From Syntrophorhabdaceae bacterium (GTDB lineage Bacteria; Desulfobacterota; Syntrophorhabdia; Syntrophorhabdales; Syntrophorhabdaceae): a DNA stretch of 64,000 bases. The stretch lies in contig OY762209.1 of the NCBI GenBank assembly GCA_963665295.1, positions 2,048,001-2,112,000 on the forward strand, read 5' to 3'. Positions 1-9,348 of this stretch are shown one piece after another. Position 1 is the stretch's first letter; the number at the start of each line of letters is the position of its first letter. The notes beneath the pieces are model-generated. The model searched no databases. It saw only the letters and a program-made list of their open reading frames with translations, and had not been told where the DNA came from. A program made the position numbers and the translations under genes.

Positions 1-1563
1 GACCTGGCTCTGGGCAAGCTCTTCGATAACCTTCTGATGGGTTGTGGCCACGGTGTCAACGAGCTTCTGGGTCTCCTGGCGCGTGATGAACTCGTGGGCG
101 TTGTTCCGTACTATCTCCGTCAGGTGGGTGGCGATGATAGTGGAATGGTCCACCACGGTGAATCCCTGGGCAACACACCTGTCTCTGTCGGCGTCTCTGA
201 TCCAGTACGCATCGAGGTTGAATACGGGTTCTTTCGTGGGGATTCCGCCCAGGCCGCTTTGAGCCTCGTCCGGCCCCATGGCGAGGATGTGGCTCATCAT
301 CATTTCTCCCCTTCCCATTTCGATGCCCTTCACCATTATCAGGTACTCGCCCGCTTTCAACTGGAGGTTGTCCCTGAGTTTCATGGGCGGAACCACAATG
401 CCGAGCTCCACGGCCATCTGTTTCCTGATGCCCCGGATCTTGTCGAGGAGGTCCCCGGACTGCTCTGCGTCTACGATGGGGATGAGCCCGTAGCCGATCT
501 CTATCTCAAGCACTTCGAGAGGTTGGATCAGCTCCGCCTTCTCCTTCTCTTCCCTGGGCACGTCGGGAAGATTGGATATCTCCTCTTCCTCCTTCCTTGA
601 CCTTGCCGCAAGGTAACTGCTGCCGAAGGTGACGCTGGAAAGGATCAGGAACGGCATAAGGGGAATTCCCGGCACCATGCCGATGGCCAGGATGACCACC
701 GATGCGAGGGTCATCGCTTTCTGGTTGGAGAACAACTGGGTTACTACATCGGAACCGAGGTTCGATTCGCTGGCAGCCCTGGTGACGATGATACCCGCGG
801 CGGTTGACGTGAGGAGGGCGGGGATCTGGCTCACGAGCCCATCACCGATGGTCAACAGGCTGTAAACCGCGAGGGCATCCGTTACGGGCATCCCCTTCTG
901 GACAACGCCGATAATGAGTCCGCCCACAATGTTCACGAAGATTATGATGATTCCCGCGATGGCGTCGCCACGGACGAACTTGCTCGCCCCATCCATGGCC
1001 CCGTAAAAGTCTGCTTCGAGTTCTACCCTTTCCCGCCGCTTTCTCGCGCCGGTGTCGTCGATGAGGCCCGCGTTCAGGTCCGCGTCGATGCTCATCTGCT
1101 TACCGGGCATGGCGTCCAGGGTGAACCTTGCGGCTACTTCCGCGACGCGGCCCGCACCTTTGGTGATTACCACGAAGTTTATGATCATGAGGATGAGGAA
1201 TACGACCGCCCCCACCACGTAGTTCCCACCCACGATGAAGGTGCCGAAGCCCTTGATGATCTGACCGGCGGCCTGAGACCCCTCGTCGCCATGGACGAGG
1301 ATCAGCCTCGTGGAAGCGATATTGAGAGACAGGCGGAAGAGGGTCACGATAAGAAGCACGGAGGGGAACACGGAGAAATCAAGGGGCTTGCCGATATACA
1401 TGGAGATGAAGAGTATAAGGAGCGAAAGGGAAATGCTGAGGGAGAGAAACACGTCGATAAAGAAACTGTTGAGCGGCACGATCATGATGAGTATGACGAA
1501 GACCACGGCTACCGCAACAAATATGTCGCTTCTCTTTTTCAGGACGTCGAGCAGTTTGTCCAT
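1..1563 (-). CDS. flhA: Flagellar export gate protein FlhA (3' end runs off the window; not in ORF track)
   Basis: ATG at 1563 overlaps the flhB stop (TGATG). Manual translation gives MDKLLDVLKKRSDIFVAVAVV...FPSVLLIVTLFRLSLNIASTRLIL, with RVAEVAARFTLDAMPGKQMSIDADL and FYGAMDGASKFVRGDAIAG. Confidence 0.98.
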   Translation of the reverse strand, partial: MDKLLDVLKKRSDIFVAVAVVFVILIMIVPLNSFFIDVFLSLSISLSLLILFISMYIGKPLDFSVFPSVLLIVTLFRLSLNIASTRLILVHGDEGSQAAGQIIKGFGTFIVGGNYVVGAVVFLILMIINFVVITKGAGRVAEVAARFTLDAMPGKQMSIDADLNAGLIDDTGARKRRERVELEADFYGAMDGASKFVRGDAIAGIIIIFVNIVGGLIIGVVQKGMPVTDALAVYSLLTIGDGLVSQIPALLTSTAAGIIVTRAASESNLGSDVVTQLFSNQKAMTLASVVILAIGMVPGIPLMPFLILSSVTFGSSYLAARSRKEEEEISNLPDVPREEKEKAELIQPLEVLEIEIGYGLIPIVDAEQSGDLLDKIRGIRKQMAVELGIVVPPMKLRDNLQLKAGEYLIMVKGIEMGRGEMMMSHILAMGPDEAQSGLGGIPTKEPVFNLDAYWIRDADRDRCVAQGFTVVDHSTIIATHLTEIVRNNAHEFITRQETQKLVDTVATTHQKVIEELAQSQV

Positions 1564-2627
1564 CAGAGCGTGGCCCCCCGTTTCGCCTTGTAAACCTGGG
1601 CGAGTAATTCCGCCACGATCATGTAGAATTGCTCGGGAACGAGGTCACCCACCTTCACCGAGTAGAAGAGCCCCCGGGCAAGGGGTTTGTTCTCCATTAT
1701 GGGGACCTTATGCTTACGGGCCATCTCCTTGATCTTTTCCGCCACGAACCCCGCGCCTTTTGCCACGATCGTGGGCGCAGGCATCACTCCTGCCTGGTAC
1801 TTCAAGGCCACCGCGAAGGTTGTCGGGTTCGTGACGATCACATCCGCGGTCTTCACGTCATCCATCATCCTGCTGCGGGACATCTGCCTCTGGAGACTCC
1901 GTATCCTCGATTTGACCTGCGGGTTTCCGTCCCGCTCCTTGCCTTCCTCCTTAACCTCCTGGAAGGTCATCATGAGGTCCTTCTTGTGCTGCCATTTCTG
2001 GTACATGAAATCAAGGCCCGCGATAAAGAGGGCATAGAAGCCGACCTTCAGGGTAAGGCTGAAGGCGGTATGGCCCAGGTATTCCACGATTGCCCGCGTG
2101 TCCTTCTCGGTGAGGGAAAGTATGTGAGGGAGTTCCTTCATGAGGAGGGAGTATGCGATGTAGACGAGAAGGACGATCTTGAGGAGGGACTTGATAAGCT
2201 CCACTACCGACCGCTTGGAAATGAGGTTCTTTATGCCTGTGAAGGGATTGATCTTCTCTATCTTGAAGGAGAGGGCTTCGAAGCTCCACATGAAGCGAGT
2301 CTGCACCACGGCGCTCGCAATCGAAATGGCGATGAGGAGCGCGAAAAAGGGCAGCACGATCATGATGAACCTGTATGCGCCGAAGGAGAGGATCGGGTAT
2401 ATGCTCGACATGTTGACGTCGATGTTCATATTTCTCACATAAGTGCTGTACACTTTGAACATTTCGTTGAACCCGTGGGACACGGAGAAATAAAGGAAGA
2501 CGGCGGAGAAGAGGATAATGAGACAGGAGGGCAGGTCTTTTGACTGGGCTACCTGTCCCTTCTTGCGGGATTCCTCGAGCCTCTTTTCAGTGGGTTGTTC
2601 GGTCTTTTCCTGAAAATCATCCGCCAT
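1563..2627 (-). CDS. flhB: Flagellar export switch protein FlhB
   Basis: EKTEQPT N-terminus, four hydrophobic segments, TNPT autocleavage motif, VAKG. Confidence 0.98.
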   Translation of the reverse strand: MADDFQEKTEQPTEKRLEESRKKGQVAQSKDLPSCLIILFSAVFLYFSVSHGFNEMFKVYSTYVRNMNIDVNMSSIYPILSFGAYRFIMIVLPFFALLIAISIASAVVQTRFMWSFEALSFKIEKINPFTGIKNLISKRSVVELIKSLLKIVLLVYIAYSLLMKELPHILSLTEKDTRAIVEYLGHTAFSLTLKVGFYALFIAGLDFMYQKWQHKKDLMMTFQEVKEEGKERDGNPQVKSRIRSLQRQMSRSRMMDDVKTADVIVTNPTTFAVALKYQAGVMPAPTIVAKGAGFVAEKIKEMARKHKVPIMENKPLARGLFYSVKVGDLVPEQFYMIVAELLAQVYKAKRGATL

Positions 2628-2630
2628 TGC

Positions 2631-3404
2631 CTACACCATAGACCTGATAATTCTTGGGATTTCCCCTTCCATGCTCTTGAAGATATCGGCAAGCAGAGGA
2701 GTGATCAGGCTCAACGCGAAGGAAAGCATGGCTATGGTCACCATGATCTTCAAGGGCATACCTTCCACAAACACGTTGACCTGGGGCACCAGTCTCGAGA
2801 GGATGCCGAGGGAGAGTTCCACGAGGAAGAGGGTGACGATAAGGGGGGCCCCGATCCTCAAACCCAGGGAAAATATCTTTCCCGTCATCTGTATGAGATA
2901 CTCCATGAGGGGTCCTTTGAAGGTGGCTCCCCCGAGAGGCAGTTCCTTGAAACTCAGGAACAACCCCCTCAATACGATATGGTGCGCATCCACGGAAAAG
3001 AAGATCATGAGGGCGAGTATGTTGAGTATCTGGCTCAACTCTGAAACCTGTGTATTCGTGTAAGGGTCCATGAAGCGCGCGAACCCCATTCCTGACTGGA
3101 TGGCCACGACTTCTCCCGCCACCTGGACGGTCATGAAGAGGACCCGTACAAAGAAGCCGATGGTTATCCCTATGAATATCTCCTTCATGACGAGGAGGGC
3201 GAGAAAATACGGGTCGCTTCCGAGGGCCGCATTACCTGGGGCCACGAGGTCAAACATGAACAAGGAGATGAGAAGGGACAGGCAGGCCTTGTAGGCGACG
3301 GATATGGAACCCGCCGAAAACATGGGAAGCAGCCAGAGAACGGATGCGACCCTGAAGAAGATGAGTATGAGTTTCTGTCCTGAAAGGCCGATATCGTTCA
3401 GCAT
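2631..3404 (-). CDS. fliR: Flagellar export protein FliR
   Basis: 257-aa membrane protein with KEIFIG and LSRLVPQVNVF; lies between fliQ and flhB. Confidence 0.96.
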   Translation of the reverse strand: MLNDIGLSGQKLILIFFRVASVLWLLPMFSAGSISVAYKACLSLLISLFMFDLVAPGNAALGSDPYFLALLVMKEIFIGITIGFFVRVLFMTVQVAGEVVAIQSGMGFARFMDPYTNTQVSELSQILNILALMIFFSVDAHHIVLRGLFLSFKELPLGGATFKGPLMEYLIQMTGKIFSLGLRIGAPLIVTLFLVELSLGILSRLVPQVNVFVEGMPLKIMVTIAMLSFALSLITPLLADIFKSMEGEIPRIIRSMV

Positions 3405-3674
3405 CTATTTCACATAGTTGGGTATGTTCACGAAAATCGCGGCCGTGTAGCTTACCATCACATTCATCATCCATGGAGAGAGGACAAGGAGGCAGAGAAT
3501 GATCACGAGGATCTTCGGGACAAAGATCAAGGTCTGCTCGTGTATCTGGGTGGCGGCCTGGAAGATGCTTACGAGAAGGCCCACGGCCATGGATGCCAAA
3601 AGGACCGGACCCGACAATAGCAGTGTTGTCTTCAGGAAATCCCGGATGATTTGAAGTATCAGGTCCTGACTCAC
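3405..3674 (-). CDS. fliQ: Flagellar export protein FliQ
   Basis: VGLLVSIFQAATQIHEQTLIFVPK. Confidence 0.98.
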   Translation of the reverse strand: MSQDLILQIIRDFLKTTLLLSGPVLLASMAVGLLVSIFQAATQIHEQTLIFVPKILVIILCLLVLSPWMMNVMVSYTAAIFVNIPNYVK

Positions 3675-3684
3675 TTTGTTCCTC

Positions 3685-4449
3685 CTAATAAAAGCCTTTT
3701 ATCAAGGAACCCACCAGCAGGTTCCAGCCGTCCACAAGAACGAAGAGCATGAGCTTGAAGGGCAGCGAGATGAATATGGGGGGCAACATCATCATACCCG
3801 CGGACAGGAGCACACTCGCCACGACCATATCGATGACCAGGAAGGGTATGTAAAGGAGAAACCCTATTTGAAACGCCCTTTTAAGCTCCCCCAGGGCAAA
3901 GGCCGGCACAAGGACCCGTATCGGTATTTCGGTCCGGTCCACGGGTTTTTTGAGTCCCGCGATATTCATGAACAGGGCGAGGTCGCTGTCCTTAGTGAAT
4001 TTGAGCATAAAACCGCCCATTTCCTTCGAAGATTTGCTCATGAACTCCTCGTAGCCTATCTGGTTGTTCATATAGGGGGCCAGGGCCTGAGAATTCACCC
4101 TTTCGTACGTGGGGGCCATGATGAAGAATGTGAGAAACAGGGCAAGCCCCACGAGTACCTGGTTCGGGGGGACCTGGGCTACGCCTATGGCCTGCCTGAG
4201 GAAGGACAGGACGATGATGATCCGCGTAAAGGAACTCATGAGCAAGAGGATCGCCGGGGCAAAGGCAAGTATGGTAAGCATTATGGCCACGCTTATCAGG
4301 TTCTTGCCGCCCTGGCTTCCCGACAGGGCGCTCACGAAATCGAAGCTCTGGACCTTGTCCTTCTGAACAGTGGGACCGGCTTTTGCATGACCCGGGACAG
4401 GGATGAAGAACATGGAAATGGCGATAATGGCGATAATGGCAAGTTTCAC
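3685..4449 (-). CDS. fliP: Flagellar export protein FliP
   Basis: FTRIIIVLSFLRQAIG, PPNQVL, GMMMLPP, LFVLVDGW. Confidence 0.98.
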   Translation of the reverse strand: MKLAIIAIIAISMFFIPVPGHAKAGPTVQKDKVQSFDFVSALSGSQGGKNLISVAIMLTILAFAPAILLLMSSFTRIIIVLSFLRQAIGVAQVPPNQVLVGLALFLTFFIMAPTYERVNSQALAPYMNNQIGYEEFMSKSSKEMGGFMLKFTKDSDLALFMNIAGLKKPVDRTEIPIRVLVPAFALGELKRAFQIGFLLYIPFLVIDMVVASVLLSAGMMMLPPIFISLPFKLMLFVLVDGWNLLVGSLIKGFY

Positions 4450-4724
4450 GGTTCTTTATCCTCTTTTGTCCACTGGGCGAGAAGGGACAGGTCTTTTTCT
4501 CCCACGCCGATAACCAGTATGCGGTCCTTGACTTCCACCACGGAGACGAACTTTTTGTAGCCCAGGTGGATCATATCGACTTTCCTCAGACTGTAAGGGG
4601 TCTCCTTCTGCTTCAGGTTGAACTTGAACTTCGTTCCATACCGATAGAATATGAGCAGGGCCGCCACGATGGCGGTGAGGACCAGGATCACCCTGATTAT
4701 CTGAGCGTACATGTTTTCCATCAT
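4446..4724 (-). CDS. fliO: Flagellar protein FliO
   Basis: Single N-terminal TM followed by a beta-rich domain (LGYKKFVSVVEV...LVIGV); lies between fliN and fliP. Confidence 0.85.
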   Translation of the reverse strand: MMENMYAQIIRVILVLTAIVAALLIFYRYGTKFKFNLKQKETPYSLRKVDMIHLGYKKFVSVVEVKDRILVIGVGEKDLSLLAQWTKEDKEP

Positions 4725-5029
4725 CCAAGTTCCCGGACCCGCTCCTTGGGTGTGACGATTTCAACTATCCTCACTCCCAGCCTTTCATTTACCACCACGA
4801 TTTCCCCTTTTCCGAGAAGCTTGCCGTTTACCAGAATGTCAACCGATTCACCTGCGATCTTATCAAGTTCGATAATCGATCCCTTGGACAGGGAGAGAAG
4901 CTGACCTATCGGCATCTTGGTCCTGCCTATCTCTACCGATATCTCAACCGATATATCGAGGAGATTGTCCATATTCAACTCCCCTTTCCTTGGACCTCCC
5001 GACTGGCCGTCAACGAGAAACTCTTCCAT
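4721..5029 (-). CDS. fliN: Flagellar motor switch protein FliN
   Basis: LLDISVEISVEIGRT...GEIVVVNERLGVRI SpoA domain. Confidence 0.97.
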   Translation of the reverse strand: MEEFLVDGQSGGPRKGELNMDNLLDISVEISVEIGRTKMPIGQLLSLSKGSIIELDKIAGESVDILVNGKLLGKGEIVVVNERLGVRIVEIVTPKERVRELG

Positions 5030-5040
5030 CCCGCCTCCTG

Positions 5041-6018
5041 TTAATGTAGTATTTCTTCAATCTTCACCGCCTTGTTGCCTTTGTGGATGCCCATCCTGCC
5101 CTTGAACTGCGGCCTGTCGTATACCTGGATGTCAATGAGGTCGTTCACATGCCGATCGACGATGATCACATTGGTCTCCGTCACTTTGAGAAATTCCTCC
5201 AAAGAGAGTTTCTTTTTCCCCAACACCGCCCTTATTTCGAGGGGTACTTCGGAAATCCGGTCCCTCAGTTTGCGATTCCACTTGTCTTTCATCTCCATAT
5301 CCTCCCGGGAAGGGGTGGACACGAGGTAGCTCTTTATGGTTTCGAGAATGCCGTAAGGCATGCACACCTTCATCCAACTCCGTATGTCACCCATCTCGAT
5401 GGCGAATTCCCAGAGGCTTACCACCTCGTCGCCCGTCACCATGGTAATGTAGTTGGGGTTTATCTCGGACCTCGAATACTTGCATCGCACCTCGTATACG
5501 GGGGACCACGCCTTTTCCATCTCCACGGAGACAAGTTCTATCAGCTTCTTTATCACGCTGAATTCTATCCTCGTAAACTCCCTGCCTTCCACTCTGGGTG
5601 TGGATATGCTCGCGCTGCCGAAGACGGTCTCCAGTACGGAGAAGATCAGCTTTGCATCGAAGATGACGATGAAAAAGCCCTTCAGGTTTTCCGTTACCAC
5701 GATGTTCATGTTCGTGGGCAGGGGCACGTTCTTGATGAACTGGGCATATTCGACGTACTGGACGGGTGTCGTGTTTACGTCCACCTCTTTTTCGATAAAG
5801 AGTGACAAGGAGGACCTGAAGGACTTGGAAAACCGGTCGCAGATGAAATCAAGGGCGGGAAGGCGCTCCTTCTTTCCCTTCGTGAACTTCAGGAAGTCGA
5901 AGCTCTTCGCCTCAACGGGCGGCGCAACCTCCACTTCGGGGAGGGGGACTTCGATATCCCCGTCCGAAAGGCCCGCTAATAATGCATCAATTTCGTCTTG
6001 CGATAGTACCTGTTCCAT
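5041..6018 (-). CDS. fliM: Flagellar motor switch protein FliM
   Basis: N-terminal CheY-binding motif LSQDEIDALL; REFTRIE. Confidence 0.97.
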   Translation of the reverse strand: MEQVLSQDEIDALLAGLSDGDIEVPLPEVEVAPPVEAKSFDFLKFTKGKKERLPALDFICDRFSKSFRSSLSLFIEKEVDVNTTPVQYVEYAQFIKNVPLPTNMNIVVTENLKGFFIVIFDAKLIFSVLETVFGSASISTPRVEGREFTRIEFSVIKKLIELVSVEMEKAWSPVYEVRCKYSRSEINPNYITMVTGDEVVSLWEFAIEMGDIRSWMKVCMPYGILETIKSYLVSTPSREDMEMKDKWNRKLRDRISEVPLEIRAVLGKKKLSLEEFLKVTETNVIIVDRHVNDLIDIQVYDRPQFKGRMGIHKGNKAVKIEEILH

Positions 6019-6028
6019 CTTCCGCCCT

Positions 6029-6547
6029 TTACTGTATGATGATATCGGTTATGTATACGGCGCTGAGATCGTCACTCTCCCTGAACAACGTCTTCAAGCT
6101 CCGCTGTAACTCTTCCTTGACCAGGTTTCTTTGGTTTACATCGAGGAAGACCTCCGCCGGTTTCGCCCCGAGGACGAGGAGTATCCGGTCCCTTATGGCG
6201 GGCATCATCTTCTTCGTTTCCTCTTCGAGCTTCACATTCTTGACCTCGATGCCGATGGAAATCTTGGCGAACTTGGAAGGGTTGCCGGAAAGGTTGAAAA
6301 TAAAGGGCTCCAACGTCATGATGGGGCCCGGCGCACGCTTCTTTTCCTTGTGAGCACCCTCGGGCGCGGAAGACTTGCCGGTCAGCATCGTCATGATCCT
6401 GGGTCCGTAAAAGTAATAGGCCGCTCCCGCCCCCAGACCGAGGACAAGAAATATTATGAGCAGAAAAAGTAAGGGCTTTCCCTTCCTTTTCTTTACCTCC
6501 TGCTCCTCCCCCTCCTGGCCTATTTCTTCCTGGATATCGTCCTGCAT
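6029..6547 (-). CDS. fliL: Flagellar basal-body-associated protein FliL
   Basis: N-terminal TM, LEPFIFNL, PAIRDRI, VYITDIIIQ; directly upstream of fliM. Confidence 0.93.
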   Translation of the reverse strand: MQDDIQEEIGQEGEEQEVKKRKGKPLLFLLIIFLVLGLGAGAAYYFYGPRIMTMLTGKSSAPEGAHKEKKRAPGPIMTLEPFIFNLSGNPSKFAKISIGIEVKNVKLEEETKKMMPAIRDRILLVLGAKPAEVFLDVNQRNLVKEELQRSLKTLFRESDDLSAVYITDIIIQ

Positions 6548-6576
6548 AGATAGCTCCTTCTCTTTTTGTTGAGTGC

Positions 6577-6593
6577 AGCAATATGTGTGCCAA
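6577..6593 (-). promoter_or_regulatory. sigma54 -24/-12 promoter of the fliL-flhA operon
   Basis: Minus strand TTGGCACACATATTGCT (GG-N10-GC), 30 nt before the fliL start. Confidence 0.9.
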
Positions 6594-6696
6594 TAAAGGA
6601 AGGGGCTGGAATTACGAGAAATTATGATGTTTGAGGCGCTTGAAGCGTGGGGTGAGTGAACTCAAAGTCAGGGGAACGTTGACACAACCGGCCTTT

Positions 6697-6714
6697 ATGT
6701 CAGGTAATTGACAT
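6697..6714. promoter_or_regulatory. Putative enhancer (FleQ-box-like inverted repeat) for the fliL promoter
   Basis: ATGTCA-GGTAAT-TGACAT perfect inverted repeat about 115 nt upstream of the -24 element; same motif upstream of fleS. Confidence 0.65.
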
Positions 6715-6798
6715 CTCTCTTTGCAGGCTGGAAGGCTGTGCGCGGGAACGCGGGTCTTTACGTCCATCCGGGACGCCGGGGGCTTAAGCCTTTATACG

Positions 6799-6832
6799 GC
6801 CGGGCGGGAACGAAGCTCCGTTCCCGCCCGGC
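6799..6832 (-). terminator. Stem-loop after flgE
   Basis: GCCGGGCGGGAACG-AAGCTC-CGTTCCCGCCCGGC, a 14-bp stem 10 nt past the flgE stop; no clear U-tract. Confidence 0.55.
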
Positions 6833-6841
6833 AACCGGTTA

Positions 6842-8698
6842 TTACCGCTTGATCTGCATCAGTTCCTGCAACATCTCATCGGTTGTGGTTATTACCTTGG
6901 AGCTTGCCTGGTATCCCCTCTGGGCCACGATCATCTTTACGAATTCCGTGGCAAGGTCCACATTGGACTGCTCGAGGGAGTTGGAGTTGATGCTTCCAAG
7001 TCCGCCCGACCCCGGGGTATTCGTATACGGGACGCCCGATGAGACGGTCGCGGAATAGAGGTTTCCGCCCTCCCTCGTGAGCCCCTGGGGGTTGCTGAAG
7101 CTTGCGAGGGTTACCTGATAGAGGTTGATGATCTGACCGTTCGAGTAGTGACCTGATATTACCCCTTCCGTGCTCACGCTCACGCTTGTCAGGGTGCCCG
7201 GCGCGTAGCCGTCCTGGGTCTGGAAATTCGTGGTCGAAGCTATGGGGTACTGGGTGGTGGTGCCTCCGCCCGAGCCCGAACCGAAGACGAGGTCGATCTT
7301 CTGGGCGGGGCTGGCGCCCTGTGAAAAATCAAAGGTGACGGAGACGGGCTCCCCGCCGGAGATGAGCACGCCTGAATCGTTGAACGTAAGGGTTCCGCTT
7401 GCGACTTCCGTGTCGACTCCCGTCGCGGAATCAGTGGCGTTGAGCTGAGCGTGCCATTCCCACACGCTTGTCTGGGGGGTCGTAGTCTCATAGGATTTCC
7501 TGAAGTAGACGTTGGCCACGTGGGCCTGGCCCAGGGAGTCGTAGACGGTGACGGAAGAAGAGTAATTGGACGTGTTGCTCGGTGTTACCGTAGATGACTT
7601 CGTGGTGGGGCTGAAGCCGTCGAGGGCGAAGGAGGAAGACGAACTGAGGGACATGCCGCTCGTGACGATGTCAAGGCCTGAGCCTGCCCAGTTGGTCGTA
7701 GCCCCTGCGGTGGCGGCGATATTGGCGGTGTACGTGGGCACCCCGTCTACGGACATGGTCATGCTGTAACCGAAAAGTCCGGAGCCTGCCTTATCTGTAG
7801 TGGTCCATCCGATGCTCCCCCCGGTCACACCCGCGTCGTTTACCACGATATCGGTCCCTGCGACGTTGGCTGTCAGCTTGAGCTGGTTGCCGCTCGCAGT
7901 GGCCGTGACGCCGGCCGATGACGCATTGATCGCTGCCACGAGGTCTGTAAGACTCTGAACACCTGCCCCCGAATTATAGGATGACAGATTGATGGAGGTG
8001 CCGTTGATCGCGACCAACCCTGTCATGCCCGTGGAGGGGACGGTCACCTCGTTCGAGCCCGTGCCGGTCGCGGTAATCGCGGTGGTCGCGGCGGTATAGG
8101 CGCCGGTAAAAGGATATTTGCCGGTGCTTGCGGATATTTGAGAGATAAAGCCCGCCGTGGGCTGGGTTATAGTCCCTTTCCATGCCGCATTCGATTGCAG
8201 GTTAAGGGCCATGCCTATCTGGCCCGTTGCCTTCGGCTGACTCGGCTGGGTAGAGATGTTGATGTTCTGGTCAACGCCCGACGGCGCATTCGTGGTCCTG
8301 TCGATGGTCTTGCCCTGGAGTATGTCGCCCGCCGAGTTGGTGAGGTTCCCATCCGAGTCGAAACTGAAGTTTCCCGCCCTCGTGTAGTACATGGTGTTCG
8401 TAGTGGGGGCTTTCACCATGAAGAAGCCTGTGCCGCCTATGGCGAGGTCGGTGGCTGAGCTTGTGCTCTCAAAGGAGCCCTGGGAAAAGGATGTCTCAAT
8501 CGCGGCGAGGGTTGCGCCCCTGCCTACCTGGCTCGTTCCGGAGGTGCTCTCTATCGATTGATAGAGCATGTCCTGGAATGCGGTCCTCTGTGACTTATAC
8601 CCTACCGTGTTTACGTTGGCAATGTTGTTACCGATTACGTTGATGGACTCGCTGTTGGTGAGCAAGCCGCTGATACCTGAATACAATGAACTTAACAT
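6842..8698 (-). CDS. flgE: Flagellar hook protein FlgE (long form, 618 aa)
   Basis: SLYSGISGL, IGNNIANVNTVGYK, DLAIGGTGFF, YYTRAGNF, VYDSLG, LEQSNVDL. Confidence 0.97.
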   Translation of the reverse strand: MLSSLYSGISGLLTNSESINVIGNNIANVNTVGYKSQRTAFQDMLYQSIESTSGTSQVGRGATLAAIETSFSQGSFESTSSATDLAIGGTGFFMVKAPTTNTMYYTRAGNFSFDSDGNLTNSAGDILQGKTIDRTTNAPSGVDQNINISTQPSQPKATGQIGMALNLQSNAAWKGTITQPTAGFISQISASTGKYPFTGAYTAATTAITATGTGSNEVTVPSTGMTGLVAINGTSINLSSYNSGAGVQSLTDLVAAINASSAGVTATASGNQLKLTANVAGTDIVVNDAGVTGGSIGWTTTDKAGSGLFGYSMTMSVDGVPTYTANIAATAGATTNWAGSGLDIVTSGMSLSSSSSFALDGFSPTTKSSTVTPSNTSNYSSSVTVYDSLGQAHVANVYFRKSYETTTPQTSVWEWHAQLNATDSATGVDTEVASGTLTFNDSGVLISGGEPVSVTFDFSQGASPAQKIDLVFGSGSGGGTTTQYPIASTTNFQTQDGYAPGTLTSVSVSTEGVISGHYSNGQIINLYQVTLASFSNPQGLTREGGNLYSATVSSGVPYTNTPGSGGLGSINSNSLEQSNVDLATEFVKMIVAQRGYQASSKVITTTDEMLQELMQIKR

Positions 8699-8725
8699 AT
8701 GCGCCTCCTATATCTTTAATGACAT

Positions 8726-9334
8726 TTACTCTGTAATCACGGTTACCGCACTCGCGTTCAGCGCCGTACCGTCGCCGAAAACCAGCATGTTGCCCGTATC
8801 GCTCATACTTACCCCGGTGATCTTCTTAAGGAGCGTCGTCACGGCGCTCACCGCGCTGCCGTCTTTTGTCGCCTTCGCAGAGATGGTGTACGAACTTTCG
8901 CTGCTGTTCGTGTACACGAGGGACTCACCCTTGTACATGGTCTTTGTAGTCGTCTCTCCGGTGCTGTTGTCTTTCATGGTAAGCACCACCTTATCGTAAT
9001 CGGTTTGAGGCGATATAACCACCTGGTCACCGGGCGAGAGGGTGGAGCTGGTTACATTGACCCGTTTTCCGATGGACGATATCCACTGGGACGAAGCGTT
9101 CTTGGAAACCATGCCGTCCAGGGAGGACGACATGTTGGTCAACTGTTCCAACTGGGAGAACTGGGCAAGTTGGCTCACGAACTGGTCCGGTTTCTGAGGA
9201 TCAAGGGGGTCCTGGTACTTGAGTTGGGCAACGAGAAGTTTCAGGAAATCCTCCTTGCCGAGCGAGGTCGTTGATAGACTCGTGCTGCTCTTTGTCGTGC
9301 TTGCGGCGGCTGCGGTTGTACCTGCGACTGACAT
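8726..9334 (-). CDS. flgD: Flagellar hook cap protein FlgD
   Basis: LGKEDFLKLLVAQLKYQDPLDP...QLAQFSQLEQ. Confidence 0.97.
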   Translation of the reverse strand: MSVAGTTAAAASTTKSSTSLSTTSLGKEDFLKLLVAQLKYQDPLDPQKPDQFVSQLAQFSQLEQLTNMSSSLDGMVSKNASSQWISSIGKRVNVTSSTLSPGDQVVISPQTDYDKVVLTMKDNSTGETTTKTMYKGESLVYTNSSESSYTISAKATKDGSAVSAVTTLLKKITGVSMSDTGNMLVFGDGTALNASAVTVITE

Positions 9335-9348
9335 GGTGCCTCCTCCTC

